Source of the DNA: Candidatus Methylomirabilota bacterium
GTDB taxonomy: Bacteria > Methylomirabilota > Methylomirabilia > Rokubacteriales > CSP1-6
DNA length: 64,000 nucleotides
Assembly: GCA_046726415.1 (NCBI GenBank)
Contig: JBKPAK010000015.1
Span: 14,279 to 78,278 of the forward strand
Reading direction: 5' to 3'
Under the pieces are notes generated by a model that searched no databases, was not told the origin of the DNA, and was given only the letters and a program-made list of their open reading frames with translations. Positions 50,890 to 63,943 of the stretch are shown piece after piece (positions within the stretch are counted from its first letter, which is position 1; each line of letters opens with the position of its first letter). The position numbers and the translations under genes were made by a program.

Positions 50890-51312
50890 ATGAGCAGCGA
50901 CGACAAGATCGATAGCATTCGATCGTCCAGCAGCGGCACCGTAGGGCGTGCGGTGAGTCGGGTGCGGGACGCGCGCCTCACCCTCGATTCGTCGTCCCGG
51001 CCCCAGGCCGACGTCCTAACCAACAGCGAGGCCTTCCTGGCCGGCATCTCGTCGTGCGGCGTCACCCTCATCGAGGCCTATGCCCAGGAGACCAACGTCC
51101 CCTTGAAGGGGATGGACGTTACCATCGAAGGCATCCGCACGGCAAGCGAGCCCAACCGGTTCGCGGGCGTGACGATGCGCTTCCAGCTGGGAGGGGTGAG
51201 CCAAGCGCAGGCGGAGCATCTCGTCGAGACTTACAAGGGTCGCTGACCCCTCTACCGCACGGTCGCGGCCGCGACCGCAGTGAAGATCGACGTCACCACC
51301 GTCCATGCGTGA
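50890..51312 (+). CDS. OsmC family selenoprotein (UGA at 51244-51246, codon 119)
   Basis: GAGGAG RBS; EAFLAGISSCGVT...HLVETYKGR*PLYRTVAAATAVKIDV. UGA aligns with the Cys of the family's RCPV motif (ERCPVHQTL in 1859-2284); a hairpin follows. Confidence 0.87.
51260..51277 (+). promoter_or_regulatory. Putative bacterial SECIS element
   Basis: CGGUCGC-GGCC-GCGACCG, stem starting 13 nt after the UGA, loop starts GG. Confidence 0.75.
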
Positions 51313-51386
51313 CTCTGGATTCGCGATGGACATGGCCATGAGCTCGCTCACCTGGAGGGCGGCGCCCTAGCCACACGCCCGACGGA

Positions 51387-51545
51387 TCAGCGACGGCCGG
51401 CCTCGAGGCGGAAGCGGACACCCGGCCGGGCTCGACCGCCGCTGACGCCGATCGGCGTACCGTCCGCTCTCCAGCAGGCGGCACCCGTGAGGTCGCCATC
51501 GATCCCGATGGCGTTCATGCCGCCCAGCATCTCGGCCCCGCCGCG
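51387..51545 (-). pseudogene. C-terminal remnant of a gamma-glutamyltransferase-family gene
   Basis: GGMNAIGIDGDLTGAACWRADGTP, resembling the terminal GaaDpR.dG motif; no upstream body. Confidence 0.55.
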
Positions 51546-51693
51546 GAGCCGAGTGGGTGATTGGTCACCACCATGCCGCGCGACGCCGTGGCCGGCCGGT
51601 TCTCCGCCGTGACGGGAGTGCCCGCTCGCGTGGGCCAGCCGTCTGCGGTCATCGGAATCCTCCAACCGGGGATACCGCTAGAATCAAGGGCGT

Positions 51694-52818
51694 ATGGGCG
51701 AGGGCCGGCTCGTTTCCCTCGATGTGTTCCGAGGGCTGACCATCGCGGGCATGATTCTCGTCAACAACCCCGGGAGCTGGAGCGCCGTCCATCGGCCCCT
51801 CACCCACGCCGAGTGGCATGGCTGGACGCCCACCGATCTGATCTTCCCCTTCTTCCTGTTCGCCGTGGGCGTGTCCATCACCCTCGCTCTGGCACCACGA
51901 CTGGAGCGCGGCGAGCCGCGCGCCCGCCTGATGGTGAGAATCGTGGGCCGGTCAGCCTTTCTTTTCGCGCTCGGCCTCTTCCTGGCCGGGTTCCCATCCT
52001 TTGACTTTGCCGCGATTCGAATTCCCGGAGTGCTGCAACGGATTGCCGTGTGCTATCTCGCGGCCGCTCTGCTCTTTCTCGCGACGTGGCCCCGGCACCA
52101 GGTGGCCATCATGGGGGCGTCGGCCGCAAGCCTCCTCCTCGGATACTGGGCACTCATGATGTTGGTGCCGGTGCCGGGATTCGGGGCCGGCAACCTCGGC
52201 AAGGAGGGCAACCTCGCGGCGTACATCGACCGGGCCGTCCTCGGTCCGCATATCTGGCGAGCGGCGAAGGTGTACGACCCCGAGGGAATCCTCAGCAGTC
52301 TTCCCGCCATCGCTACCACTCTGGGCGGCGTGCTCACCGGCCAGTGGCTTCGCTCCTCGCGGCCGCACGTCAGGCAGGCGGTCGGCATGGCGGGCGCCGG
52401 TGTCGCGGCCGGCGCCATCGGATTCACGTGGGGCCGGTGGTTTCCCATCAACAAGGCGCTGTGGACCAGTTCGTACGTCGTCTTCGCGGCGGGCGCCGCG
52501 CTCGTGGTCCTGGCGGCCTGTTACTGGCTGGTCGAGATCAGGCGATGGACGCGCTGGGCGACGCCGTTCGTCATCTTCGGCACCAACGCCATTGCCGCCT
52601 TCGTGCTCTCCACGTTCGTCGCCCGCCTACTGATCCTCGCGAAGGTCGCCGACGGCGAACGAGGGTCAGTGAGTCTGCACCGATGGATCTACACGCACCT
52701 ATTCGCCCCATGGGCAGAGCCGGTCAACGCCTCGCTGTTCTTCGCGCTCGCCTATGTCCTCCTCTGGCTCGGCGTGATGAGTGTGCTCCACCGCCGGCAC
52801 ATCTTCATTCGCGTGTAG
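51694..52818 (+). CDS. HGSNAT/NagX-like (DUF5009/DUF1624) membrane acyltransferase
   Basis: RLVSLDVFRG, ILVNNPG, HAEWHG.TPTDLIFPFFLF, GVLQRI, DPEG, PINKALWT. Confidence 0.9.
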   Translation: MGEGRLVSLDVFRGLTIAGMILVNNPGSWSAVHRPLTHAEWHGWTPTDLIFPFFLFAVGVSITLALAPRLERGEPRARLMVRIVGRSAFLFALGLFLAGFPSFDFAAIRIPGVLQRIAVCYLAAALLFLATWPRHQVAIMGASAASLLLGYWALMMLVPVPGFGAGNLGKEGNLAAYIDRAVLGPHIWRAAKVYDPEGILSSLPAIATTLGGVLTGQWLRSSRPHVRQAVGMAGAGVAAGAIGFTWGRWFPINKALWTSSYVVFAAGAALVVLAACYWLVEIRRWTRWATPFVIFGTNAIAAFVLSTFVARLLILAKVADGERGSVSLHRWIYTHLFAPWAEPVNASLFFALAYVLLWLGVMSVLHRRHIFIRV

Positions 52819-53707
52819 GGCGAAGGCCCTGGAGGATCGGCTTGGCCTCTTTGAAGGCCGAGCGAATCCACTCGATCCCCAGCCTGACTCGGGGGACCGC
52901 CTTGAGGTCGGGATGGACCAGCAACCAGTAGTCGGCGCTCAGCTCGGCCACCGGCGCGGTCAGGCGCACGAGCGTCGCGTCGGCGTCACCGACGAAGCAT
53001 GGCAAGACGCCGAGCCCGGCGCCAGCCCGGATCGCCTCGACCTGCAGGCCGAACCGCGAGGCGCGGATCCGCGGCGGCCGATCACCAGTGCGCTCGGCAA
53101 GCCATGCCATCGAACGGAAGTATTCGTGGGGTGCATCGTAGGCCACCCACGGACAGTCGCGCCAGCGAGCGTCGGTCCGCGCGGCAGGCTGGGCTTCGAC
53201 CAGGTGCTTCGCGCCGTACACCGACGCGGCCATGCTCCCCAGGCCGAGCCGGACCAAGTGTCCTCGGGCCGGCAGGCCGTGCCGAACGAAGAGATCCGCC
53301 GCGCGCCGACCGAGATCGGGCTCCAGGTGCGTCTCATCCAGCTCGACTGTGAGGTCGCTGTGTCGGTCGGCAAACCTCGCCAGCCGGGGCGCCAGGAATC
53401 GGGCCGGCCACTCACCGGCCGCGACGCGGACGACGCCCCTGGCCTCGTCGGCAAAGGCCACCCGCCGGCGGTCGATGGTGGTGGCGGTTTCCGCCATGCT
53501 CTGGGCCATCGGCAGCAGATCCTGCCCCCCGCGAGTCAGCCGATGCCCATCCGGCGTGCGTTCGAAGAGGCGCGCGCCGAGGGACTGCTCGAGGTGTCTG
53601 AGGCGCCGGACAACGGTGGGCTGACCAAGCCCCAGCGCGCGGGCTGCGCGCCGCAGGCTTCCGGCCTGGGCGACGGCGAGAAAGATTCGCAGGTCGTCCC
53701 ACTGCAT
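52805..53707 (-). CDS. LysR family transcriptional regulator
   Basis: WDDLRIFLAVA..GS...AA..LG..QPTV.RR...LE..LG..LFER. Confidence 0.95.
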   Translation of the reverse strand: MQWDDLRIFLAVAQAGSLRRAARALGLGQPTVVRRLRHLEQSLGARLFERTPDGHRLTRGGQDLLPMAQSMAETATTIDRRRVAFADEARGVVRVAAGEWPARFLAPRLARFADRHSDLTVELDETHLEPDLGRRAADLFVRHGLPARGHLVRLGLGSMAASVYGAKHLVEAQPAARTDARWRDCPWVAYDAPHEYFRSMAWLAERTGDRPPRIRASRFGLQVEAIRAGAGLGVLPCFVGDADATLVRLTAPVAELSADYWLLVHPDLKAVPRVRLGIEWIRSAFKEAKPILQGLRPTRE

Positions 53708-53837
53708 GCCGTGAGGGTAGCAACATCATCGGGGTTGGAGGCGCTTCGAATCCGGAGCGGGGTGATCCACCCCTGACGGCTCCCGCACCCGAGCCGCATG
53801 TGGTGCACTAGCCTGGACCTTCCGAAGGAGGCCCGGC

Positions 53838-54029
53838 ATGGGTGAGAGCGAGTATTTCATGCAGTACGTCGTGGCGGAGCGGCTCCGTGAGGCCCGCGCG
53901 ACGCATCAGGCGGTGTGCGGGCAGGTGCGGCAAGGCCGTCGCGCGGTCTTTGCCATCCTGGCCAATATTGTCGAGAATGCAGGGTCGGGGCTCATGAACA
54001 TGTACCGGCGGGCAATCTTCGAGGGCTGA
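53838..54029 (+). CDS. Small hypothetical protein
   Basis: AAGGAGG RBS, 63 aa, divergent from LysR and directly upstream of the ABC gene. Confidence 0.55.
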   Translation: MGESEYFMQYVVAERLREARATHQAVCGQVRQGRRAVFAILANIVENAGSGLMNMYRRAIFEG

Positions 54030-54034
54030 GGCTC

Positions 54035-57643
<3,609 letters not shown>

Positions 57644-57711
57644 GAGTCCGGGCCCCGCCTCGGGCAATTCCTCGGCAGGAGACCGAGGAGACCGCCGCCG
57701 CCCCGCTCAGT

Positions 57712-57845
57712 CTACGTGCAGCGGCGCGGGCGCGCTTTCCCCACGCGGGGAGGGCTTCTTGGCCGGCTCCACGCGCACGCGGGTGAGCAAAGGCAGCAGC
57801 AGGAGCGTCACGCAGAACACGGCGAAGAGGAGCCAGAAGTCGTTG
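57712..57845 (-). pseudogene. Probable C-terminal remnant of a DHA2 (EmrB-type) MFS transporter
   Basis: NDFWLLFAVFCVTLLLLPLL followed by a basic tail; no start or gene body. Confidence 0.4.
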
Positions 57846-57889
57846 CTCTGCCGACCGCGCCACCCTCGACACCGGCGGGCTCGCGTCGA

Positions 57890-58624
57890 CTACGGACGAC
57901 GTAGGAGGGAGCCGTACCCCGCGATGGGGACGACCAGCCCGACCATCCGGAGAGCGCGCCACAGCGAGGCCTGGTTGCTGCTGAGGACCGGCTTGCCGAG
58001 CTCCCGCTCGAGGTCTTCGAGAACGCCGACGGTCGGCAGCCCCGTTCCACTCAGCAGCACCGCCTGCGCCCTCGCCACATCGGCCCGCCGCGCCAGCTCG
58101 GCGGCCCGCGACTCCGGCTCAGCGTAGATATTCGCGCTGGCCAGGCGATGAAAGCCGACCACGCGCAGTCCGGCGGCCTCCCAATAGGCACGCGCCTGCT
58201 CGCTGATCGTTTCCGGATACGGCGTGCCGAGGGCCAGCCTCTCGATCCCCAAGTGCTGCACGGCGGCGAGGACGGCTCGGGCCGCCGTGAGAGCGGGCGC
58301 TCCGGCCAGTCTGCCCAGCCGGGCCTCGAGACCCGGCTCGTTTGCGAATCCCGTGAGGTAGCTCGACGAGGTGTGGGCGAGAACGACGACGGCCGGTTCT
58401 ACCGCGCCAAGGGCCGTGGCGGGGCCAGCCAGCGCATCGAGGTAGGCTCGCGTGCGCGCCTCCATTCCGTCGGGGCCGCCATGCGCGCGGGTCGACGGCC
58501 CGACCTCCATTCGCGCGAAATGAATGGTGACGCCCGGCGGAGCCATCCGGTAGAGCTCAGGCTCGATGGTCGGATTGCCCGGCGGAACGAGCACGCCGAT
58601 GCGAATGGGGCGACCGGCGGTCAT
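57890..58624 (-). CDS. Asp/Glu racemase superfamily (maleate isomerase/AMDase-like), lacking catalytic Cys
   Basis: RIGVLVP.GNPTIEPE, HFARM, LGTPY, GKPVLSSNQA; AHTS and SGTGL at the Cys positions. Confidence 0.88.
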   Translation of the reverse strand: MTAGRPIRIGVLVPPGNPTIEPELYRMAPPGVTIHFARMEVGPSTRAHGGPDGMEARTRAYLDALAGPATALGAVEPAVVVLAHTSSSYLTGFANEPGLEARLGRLAGAPALTAARAVLAAVQHLGIERLALGTPYPETISEQARAYWEAAGLRVVGFHRLASANIYAEPESRAAELARRADVARAQAVLLSGTGLPTVGVLEDLERELGKPVLSSNQASLWRALRMVGLVVPIAGYGSLLRRP

Positions 58625-58667
58625 CGATGAGCCATTCCCGGCGTAGACGCGGCTGTCGCCGCCCGCC

Positions 58668-59747
58668 TCACCCCAGCCGGTATTTCTGCTCGGCGCCCGG
58701 CGCGAGGGCCATGCCGTGACCGGGACGGTCGGGGATGCGGAAGGAGCCGCCTTCGCAGCGCGGCATCTCGGCGAAGAGATCCGCCGGCGTCCAGTCGATG
58801 AACTCCACCAGGAAGGCGTTGCTGAGGGCGCCCGCCACGTGCAGCGACAGCTCGTGGACGACGTGGGGCGAGACGAGCACCCCATGGGCTGCGGCCAGGC
58901 GGGCGATCCTGAGCGTCTCGCTGAAGCCGTTGGCCCGGCACACGTCGGGCATCAGGTAGCGCGCGGCGCGCCGCTCGATCAACTCCCGGAACTCGAAGCG
59001 CGAGTAGTTGTTCTCGCCGGTGGCCACCGGAATCCGGATGGCGTGGGCCACCTCTGCGCAGGCCGCGAGGTCATCGGCCAGCACGGGCTCCTCGTACCAG
59101 ACGAGGTCGAACTCCTCGAGGAGGGCCGCCTGGCGGATATTGCTCAGCACGTCGAGCTTCTGGTTGACGTCGACCATCAGCCGCACGCCAGCCCCCAGCG
59201 CCTCGCGCACGGCCTTCACCCGCTCGCGATTCACCCGCGGATCGGGGTCGTGGATCTTCATCTTGTAGTGGCGGCAGCCCATCGCCGCGTAGCGCTCCGC
59301 CTCGGCCACGAGATCGGCCACCGCATAGTCGCCCCAGCCTCCGCTGCCGTAGGTCGGGATGCGGTCGGTGACCGCGCCCCACAGCTTGAAGAGCGGCAGG
59401 CGCGCGGCCTTGCCCACGAGATCCCAGAGCCCGATGTCGAGAGCGCTCAACGCGTAGGCCGCCAGGCCCTGGCGCTTGATCCCGCGGTCGGCGCGAAACA
59501 TCTTCTCCCACAGCCGCTCGACGAAGAGCGGATCCTCCCCGACGAGCAGCGGCGCCAGGCGCGACGTCACGTAGGCCAGGACCGCCTCCGAGCCACTACT
59601 GCCGAAGACCAGGGTATAGCCGAGCCCGCTGAGGCCCTCGTCGGTCCGGATGGCCGTGACCACCAGGTCGTGCGTGGGCAGGGAGAGGGCGATGGGCTTG
59701 CTCATGGGAATGCGCAGGATGAGACTGTCGATGGCGGTGATCTTCAT
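58668..59747 (-). CDS. Mandelate racemase/muconate lactonizing enzyme family
   Basis: DIGLWD, KMKI, MVDVN, WYEEP, ATGEN, PGHG. Confidence 0.93.
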   Translation of the reverse strand: MKITAIDSLILRIPMSKPIALSLPTHDLVVTAIRTDEGLSGLGYTLVFGSSGSEAVLAYVTSRLAPLLVGEDPLFVERLWEKMFRADRGIKRQGLAAYALSALDIGLWDLVGKAARLPLFKLWGAVTDRIPTYGSGGWGDYAVADLVAEAERYAAMGCRHYKMKIHDPDPRVNRERVKAVREALGAGVRLMVDVNQKLDVLSNIRQAALLEEFDLVWYEEPVLADDLAACAEVAHAIRIPVATGENNYSRFEFRELIERRAARYLMPDVCRANGFSETLRIARLAAAHGVLVSPHVVHELSLHVAGALSNAFLVEFIDWTPADLFAEMPRCEGGSFRIPDRPGHGMALAPGAEQKYRLG

Positions 59748-59883
59748 GAGCTCCTCTCCGCGAGGTGGACGAGCGGCGGAATTGGCGCCAGGGGCATGAT
59801 GCTCGGATTATAGTGCGGGGCGGTGAGGTGGCACTCCTCAATCGGGACGCCGCCTCGGAGGACACACGACTCATGATCGAGCC

Positions 59884-60375
59884 ATGATCGAGAACGAGAT
59901 CGAGGCGCGCGTGCGTCAGGCCCTCGACGCGCTCGGCCTTCTCTATGAGCTGATGCCTATCGACCCGGCCTATGCCGACACGGCCCTCTTTTGTGCCCAC
60001 TATGGGGTGCCGCTGGACCATTCGGCAAACACCATCATCGTGGCCTCGAAGAAGGAGCCCAAACAGTATGCGGCCTGCGCGGTCAAGGCCACCACTCGTC
60101 TCGACGTGAACCACGCCGTCCGCGGGCTCATGGGCGTCTCACGGCTGTCCTTCGCGTCCGCCGAGGAGACGCGGGACGTGACGGGCATGATGATCGGCGG
60201 CGTGACTCTCCTCGCCTTGCCGGAGTCTCTTCCGATCTTCGTCGACGACAAACTGATGCCGCTCGAATACGTGGTGCTGGGCAGTGGCAGCCGCTCGTCG
60301 AAGATCCGCACCACACCCGAGATCTTCAAGCGCGTTCCCAACGCGCGGATCGTGGCGGGACTGAGCGTGGAGTAG
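59884..60375 (+). CDS. YbaK/EbsC aminoacyl-tRNA editing family protein
   Basis: SFASAEE..TGMMIGGV, GSGSRSSKI. Confidence 0.87.
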   Translation: MIENEIEARVRQALDALGLLYELMPIDPAYADTALFCAHYGVPLDHSANTIIVASKKEPKQYAACAVKATTRLDVNHAVRGLMGVSRLSFASAEETRDVTGMMIGGVTLLALPESLPIFVDDKLMPLEYVVLGSGSRSSKIRTTPEIFKRVPNARIVAGLSVE

Positions 60376-60615
60376 CGAGATGGGGGCCTCGAAAGGTCTC
60401 CTCGGCAACCCCGTGGGTCGGAAGGATCTCTCTATCCATTCAGTCTCCGCTCTGCGACGGCACACCACTGCAGTGTCCCTACTGTGATCGGGCGATCTAA
60501 GAAACCCATGAACGGGGGATGAGAAAAGAAGCGTCCACGCTCGCGCGGGGCACGGGCGCGGGATCTTCTCACACCGCACCGAGATTTGGGCTACCCTCGC
60601 CCGGAGGTGACGACG

Positions 60616-61113
60616 ATGAACGATCTCAGTTCGATGGGCAGTGGAGTCGGCGGGCTGCTCATGGCTCGGCACGAGACGGTGGCGGTCGCCGAATCTTCGG
60701 CGGGAGGCCTGATCTCGGCGGCGTTGCTCGCCGTCCCGGGCGCCTCCGCGTACTTCCTCGGTGGGGCCGTGATCTACACCCAAGCGGCGCGGCGGGCTCT
60801 GCTGCGCGTCCCCGACGAGGGCGTGGCGGGCATGCGCTCCAGCTCGGAGCCCTACGCCCTCCTGAAGGCCCGGTCCGTGCGCGAGCTCCTCGGCACCACC
60901 TGGGGCCTGAGCGAGACGGGTGCCACCGGGCCAACCGGCAACCGTTACGGCGACGCCGCCGGCCACGCTTGCCTCGCCGTAGCCGGGCCCGTCGAGCGCG
61001 TCATCACGCTGGAGACCGGAGCGGCGGATCGCATCGCGAACATGTGGAGGTTCGCGCAGGCCGCGCTCGCGTTGCTCGCAGACTGCATCGGCGCCGCCGG
61101 CCCACGTCGATGA
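60616..61113 (+). CDS. CinA C-terminal / PncC (NMN deamidase) family
   Basis: TVAVAESSAGGLI, PGASAYF.GG..Y, ETGATGP. Confidence 0.88.
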   Translation: MNDLSSMGSGVGGLLMARHETVAVAESSAGGLISAALLAVPGASAYFLGGAVIYTQAARRALLRVPDEGVAGMRSSSEPYALLKARSVRELLGTTWGLSETGATGPTGNRYGDAAGHACLAVAGPVERVITLETGAADRIANMWRFAQAALALLADCIGAAGPRR

Positions 61114-61201
61114 TTCGTGAACACTGGCGAGCGCGAGTCGGCCGGGGTGGCGCGCTGGGACGGCAGAAGAGCCCGCCGGACCCGAAAGAACCCGCCGTCC
61201 G

Positions 61202-62602
61202 CTAGGCGGCACCGCCGATTGGGATGGTGATCATCACGCAGCAGCCACGCTCTCGCCCATTCAGGATGGTCGCCGCCTCGATAGCGATGGCGCCGCCATG
61301 CACCTCCGCCACTCGACGGGCGAGGGTGAGTCCCAGGCCGACACCGCGCGAGCGCTCGCCGGAGGCGCCGGGAGTGCGGGCCGTGTCCAGACGCACGAAC
61401 GGGGCGAGCACGCGCTCCCGGTCGGCCGACGCGATCCCCGGTCCCTCGTCGCAGACGCTCAGCCGAGCCTGATCGCCCTCGCGCGCAGCCGCCAGAGTGA
61501 CGGGCGGCGCGCCGTACTTGGCCGCGTTCTCGACGAGATTCCACAGCGCGCGGCGCAGAAGCGTCTCGTCCGCCATCACGCGGATGTCCGGCCCCGGGAG
61601 GACGCGGATGTCGACGGGTGCGGTCACCAGATCGCGGCGCGCGCGCTCGGCAATGTCCTCGAGAATCCTCGGCAGACGCACCTCACCGAGGTGCGTGGGG
61701 AGTCCGGTGGCTTCCAGACGCGCCGTGGTCAGCACATCGTCGATGAGGCGCTCGAGCTCGGCGAGGTCGCGCTCCACGTCCTCCAGGCGCGCGGCGGCCG
61801 CCGCGTCCCGAGGGAGCAGCTCCAGGGCCATGCGAATCCGAGTGAGCGGCGACCGCAGTTCGTGCGACACATTCGCCAGCAACTCCCGCTGGCCGCGGAC
61901 GGTGCGTTGGACGCGCTCGGCCATGTCGTTGAAGGCGTGGGTGAGCTGGGTCAGCTCGTCGTCGCTGGATCGGTGTCCCACACGCCACCACCGGCGCGTC
62001 CGCTCGGCCGGGGGCACGCGATAGCCGAGCTCTCCCCGGCCCAACCGGCGAGCGCCCTCCGTCAGTCGCTCGAGAGGCCGCGCGATGCGGCGGGCCAGGG
62101 GACGCGTGGCGAGGGCGACGACCAGGAGCACTACCGTCACCGCGAGGACCGGCTGGAACAGGTTCGGCGGCCCGAACCGCCGTGGCCTCGAGGCCTGCAG
62201 ACTCCCCACGATGCGCCCCGACCCGGGCTCGCGAACGGCGACGGCGGCAAACCGGATGGGGCGATGGGTCACGATCACGCGCCCTTCACTCACCTCGCGA
62301 GCCTCGGCCGGCGTGAGCGCAGGGAGCGTCCGACCCAGCTTGGCCACCACCCGCCCGTCGATCTCACGAACCAGGAGATCAGCCTCGAACGTGTCGTGGA
62401 GCTGCTGCAGTCGGCGGGCCAGCGCGTCCGGATCGCCCCATACCTCGCCGACCAGCGAGGCGACGTGGCGGACGACGAGCTCGGCCACTTGGCGCCAGGG
62501 GGCGTCGCGGGTGCCGAGAGCGAAGACGATCGTGGCGGCCAGGCCCGCCACGAGAAGCACGCCCAGGAAATGCACGTAGACGCGCGCGTGGAGCGACCTC
62601 AC
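61202..62602 (-). CDS. HAMP sensor histidine kinase (CpxA/RstB-like)
   Basis: 2 TM, HAMP, VSHELRSPL, NLVENAAKY, DEGPG, GLGL. Confidence 0.94.
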   Translation of the reverse strand: MRSLHARVYVHFLGVLLVAGLAATIVFALGTRDAPWRQVAELVVRHVASLVGEVWGDPDALARRLQQLHDTFEADLLVREIDGRVVAKLGRTLPALTPAEAREVSEGRVIVTHRPIRFAAVAVREPGSGRIVGSLQASRPRRFGPPNLFQPVLAVTVVLLVVALATRPLARRIARPLERLTEGARRLGRGELGYRVPPAERTRRWWRVGHRSSDDELTQLTHAFNDMAERVQRTVRGQRELLANVSHELRSPLTRIRMALELLPRDAAAAARLEDVERDLAELERLIDDVLTTARLEATGLPTHLGEVRLPRILEDIAERARRDLVTAPVDIRVLPGPDIRVMADETLLRRALWNLVENAAKYGAPPVTLAAAREGDQARLSVCDEGPGIASADRERVLAPFVRLDTARTPGASGERSRGVGLGLTLARRVAEVHGGAIAIEAATILNGRERGCCVMITIPIGGAA

Positions 62603-63312
62603 CCGTCACCTCCATCGCGCAGCAGCACGTAACCGACGCCTCGGACCGTCTTGATGGAACGAGGATCCTTCGGATTTCGCTCGAGCTTGGCGCGCAGCCG
62701 GGAGATGTGGACGTCGATGGAGCGGTCGAAGCTCTCGTAGTCCTGTCCCTTGAGGGCGTCCAGAATTTGCTCGCGCGAGAGCACGCGGCCGGCCGCGCGG
62801 GCGAGCAGCGCGAGCAGCTCGAACTCGTAGTGGGTAAGATTCACCCGCCGGCCGCTGGCCACCACCTCGCGCGCATCGAGGTCGATTTCCATGCCCCGCA
62901 CGCGCAGACGCCGCCCGCGGGCGGGCGAGGCGGGGGTCGCGCGGCGCAGGATCGCGCGGATGCGGGCGAGCAGCTCTCGCGGGTTGAAGGGCTTGGCCAG
63001 GTAGTCGTCGGCACCCAGCTCGAGGCCGATGATGCGGTCGACGTCCTCGCCCCGGGCGGTGAGCATCAGCACGGGAATCGTGGCGCCCTCGGCCGTGGTG
63101 CGGAGGCGGCGGCACACCTCGAAGCCGTCCATCTCCGGCAGCATGACGTCCAGCAGCACCACGTCGAAGTTCCGGCCGGCGAGCGCCGCGAGGCCGCGCT
63201 CCCCGTCGGCGGCGACGGTGACCTCGATCCCATGGGGGCCGAGATACTCGGCCACCATGGCGCCCAGGCGCGCATCGTCGTCGATGAGGAGCGCGGCCAC
63301 GGGGCTCGCCAT
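62599..63312 (-). CDS. OmpR/CpxR family response regulator
   Basis: DVMLP, MLTARG, GADDYLAKPF, DRSIDVHISRLR, TVRGVGY. Confidence 0.95.
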   Translation of the reverse strand: MASPVAALLIDDDARLGAMVAEYLGPHGIEVTVAADGERGLAALAGRNFDVVLLDVMLPEMDGFEVCRRLRTTAEGATIPVLMLTARGEDVDRIIGLELGADDYLAKPFNPRELLARIRAILRRATPASPARGRRLRVRGMEIDLDAREVVASGRRVNLTHYEFELLALLARAAGRVLSREQILDALKGQDYESFDRSIDVHISRLRAKLERNPKDPRSIKTVRGVGYVLLRDGGDG

Positions 63313-63324
63313 GCCGGTACGGTA

Positions 63325-63795
63325 TCAGTTCATGCGGCGCCCATCAGTGCATGCGGTCCGATGGTGCGAGCGGACGTAGTCCGCGACCACCTTGCGCTGA
63401 GCAGGAGTCAGCACATCGTGCACCTCCACGAGAGCCTGCTGAACCGTATCGGCCAGCTGCTGGTGCTCATCTTCCCGGGCCTGGCGCAGGGCCGCCACGT
63501 GGGCGAGATCGATCTGATCGGCCTCGAAGAGCCGAAGGGCCTCCTCCATCCGGCCGCCCCGCGATTGCCAGTGCTGCTCCACCGCCGCGAACACGCGGTC
63601 GCGCGCGGCATAAACGGCGGTTCGTTGGGTGGGGGTCACGCTGGCCTTATCCAGCGCGTCGTCGATGGTCGCCGACGCGAAACGCTTCATCACCCCGTAC
63701 CGATGGGATGGCCCACCGAAGGCCAGCACCGTGGCCCCCGTCAGGAGGCCACCCGTCAACACCGCCAGCACGCCAATGATCGCGCGTCGCTTCAT
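63325..63795 (-). CDS. Spy/CpxP (LTXXQ) family periplasmic protein
   Basis: Signal peptide, VTPTQR and LTPAQR motifs, upstream of the two-component pair. Confidence 0.85.
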   Translation of the reverse strand: MKRRAIIGVLAVLTGGLLTGATVLAFGGPSHRYGVMKRFASATIDDALDKASVTPTQRTAVYAARDRVFAAVEQHWQSRGGRMEEALRLFEADQIDLAHVAALRQAREDEHQQLADTVQQALVEVHDVLTPAQRKVVADYVRSHHRTACTDGRRMN

Positions 63796-63885
63796 AGAAC
63801 TCCTCCTTCACTCGTGGTGACGGGCGCGCCGGCCCGCCTACTCTGCGAGGATGAGGGGCCCCTGTGAAAGGCGTATGTGTCCGGG

Positions 63886-63900
63886 ATAAAGTTCTGTGAA
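63886..63900. promoter_or_regulatory. Possible CpxR-type box
   Basis: ATAAA-N5-GTGAA vs consensus GTAAA-N5-GTAAA, upstream of the spy/cpxP-like gene. Confidence 0.35.
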
Positions 63901-63943
63901 GGGCCACCGGGACGAGAGATTCGCAATCAAGGAGAGGGCTGCG

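Noticed and set aside
60420-60500. Small zinc-ribbon ORF (CDGTPLQCPYC)
   Set aside because: No convincing start or RBS; too short to support.
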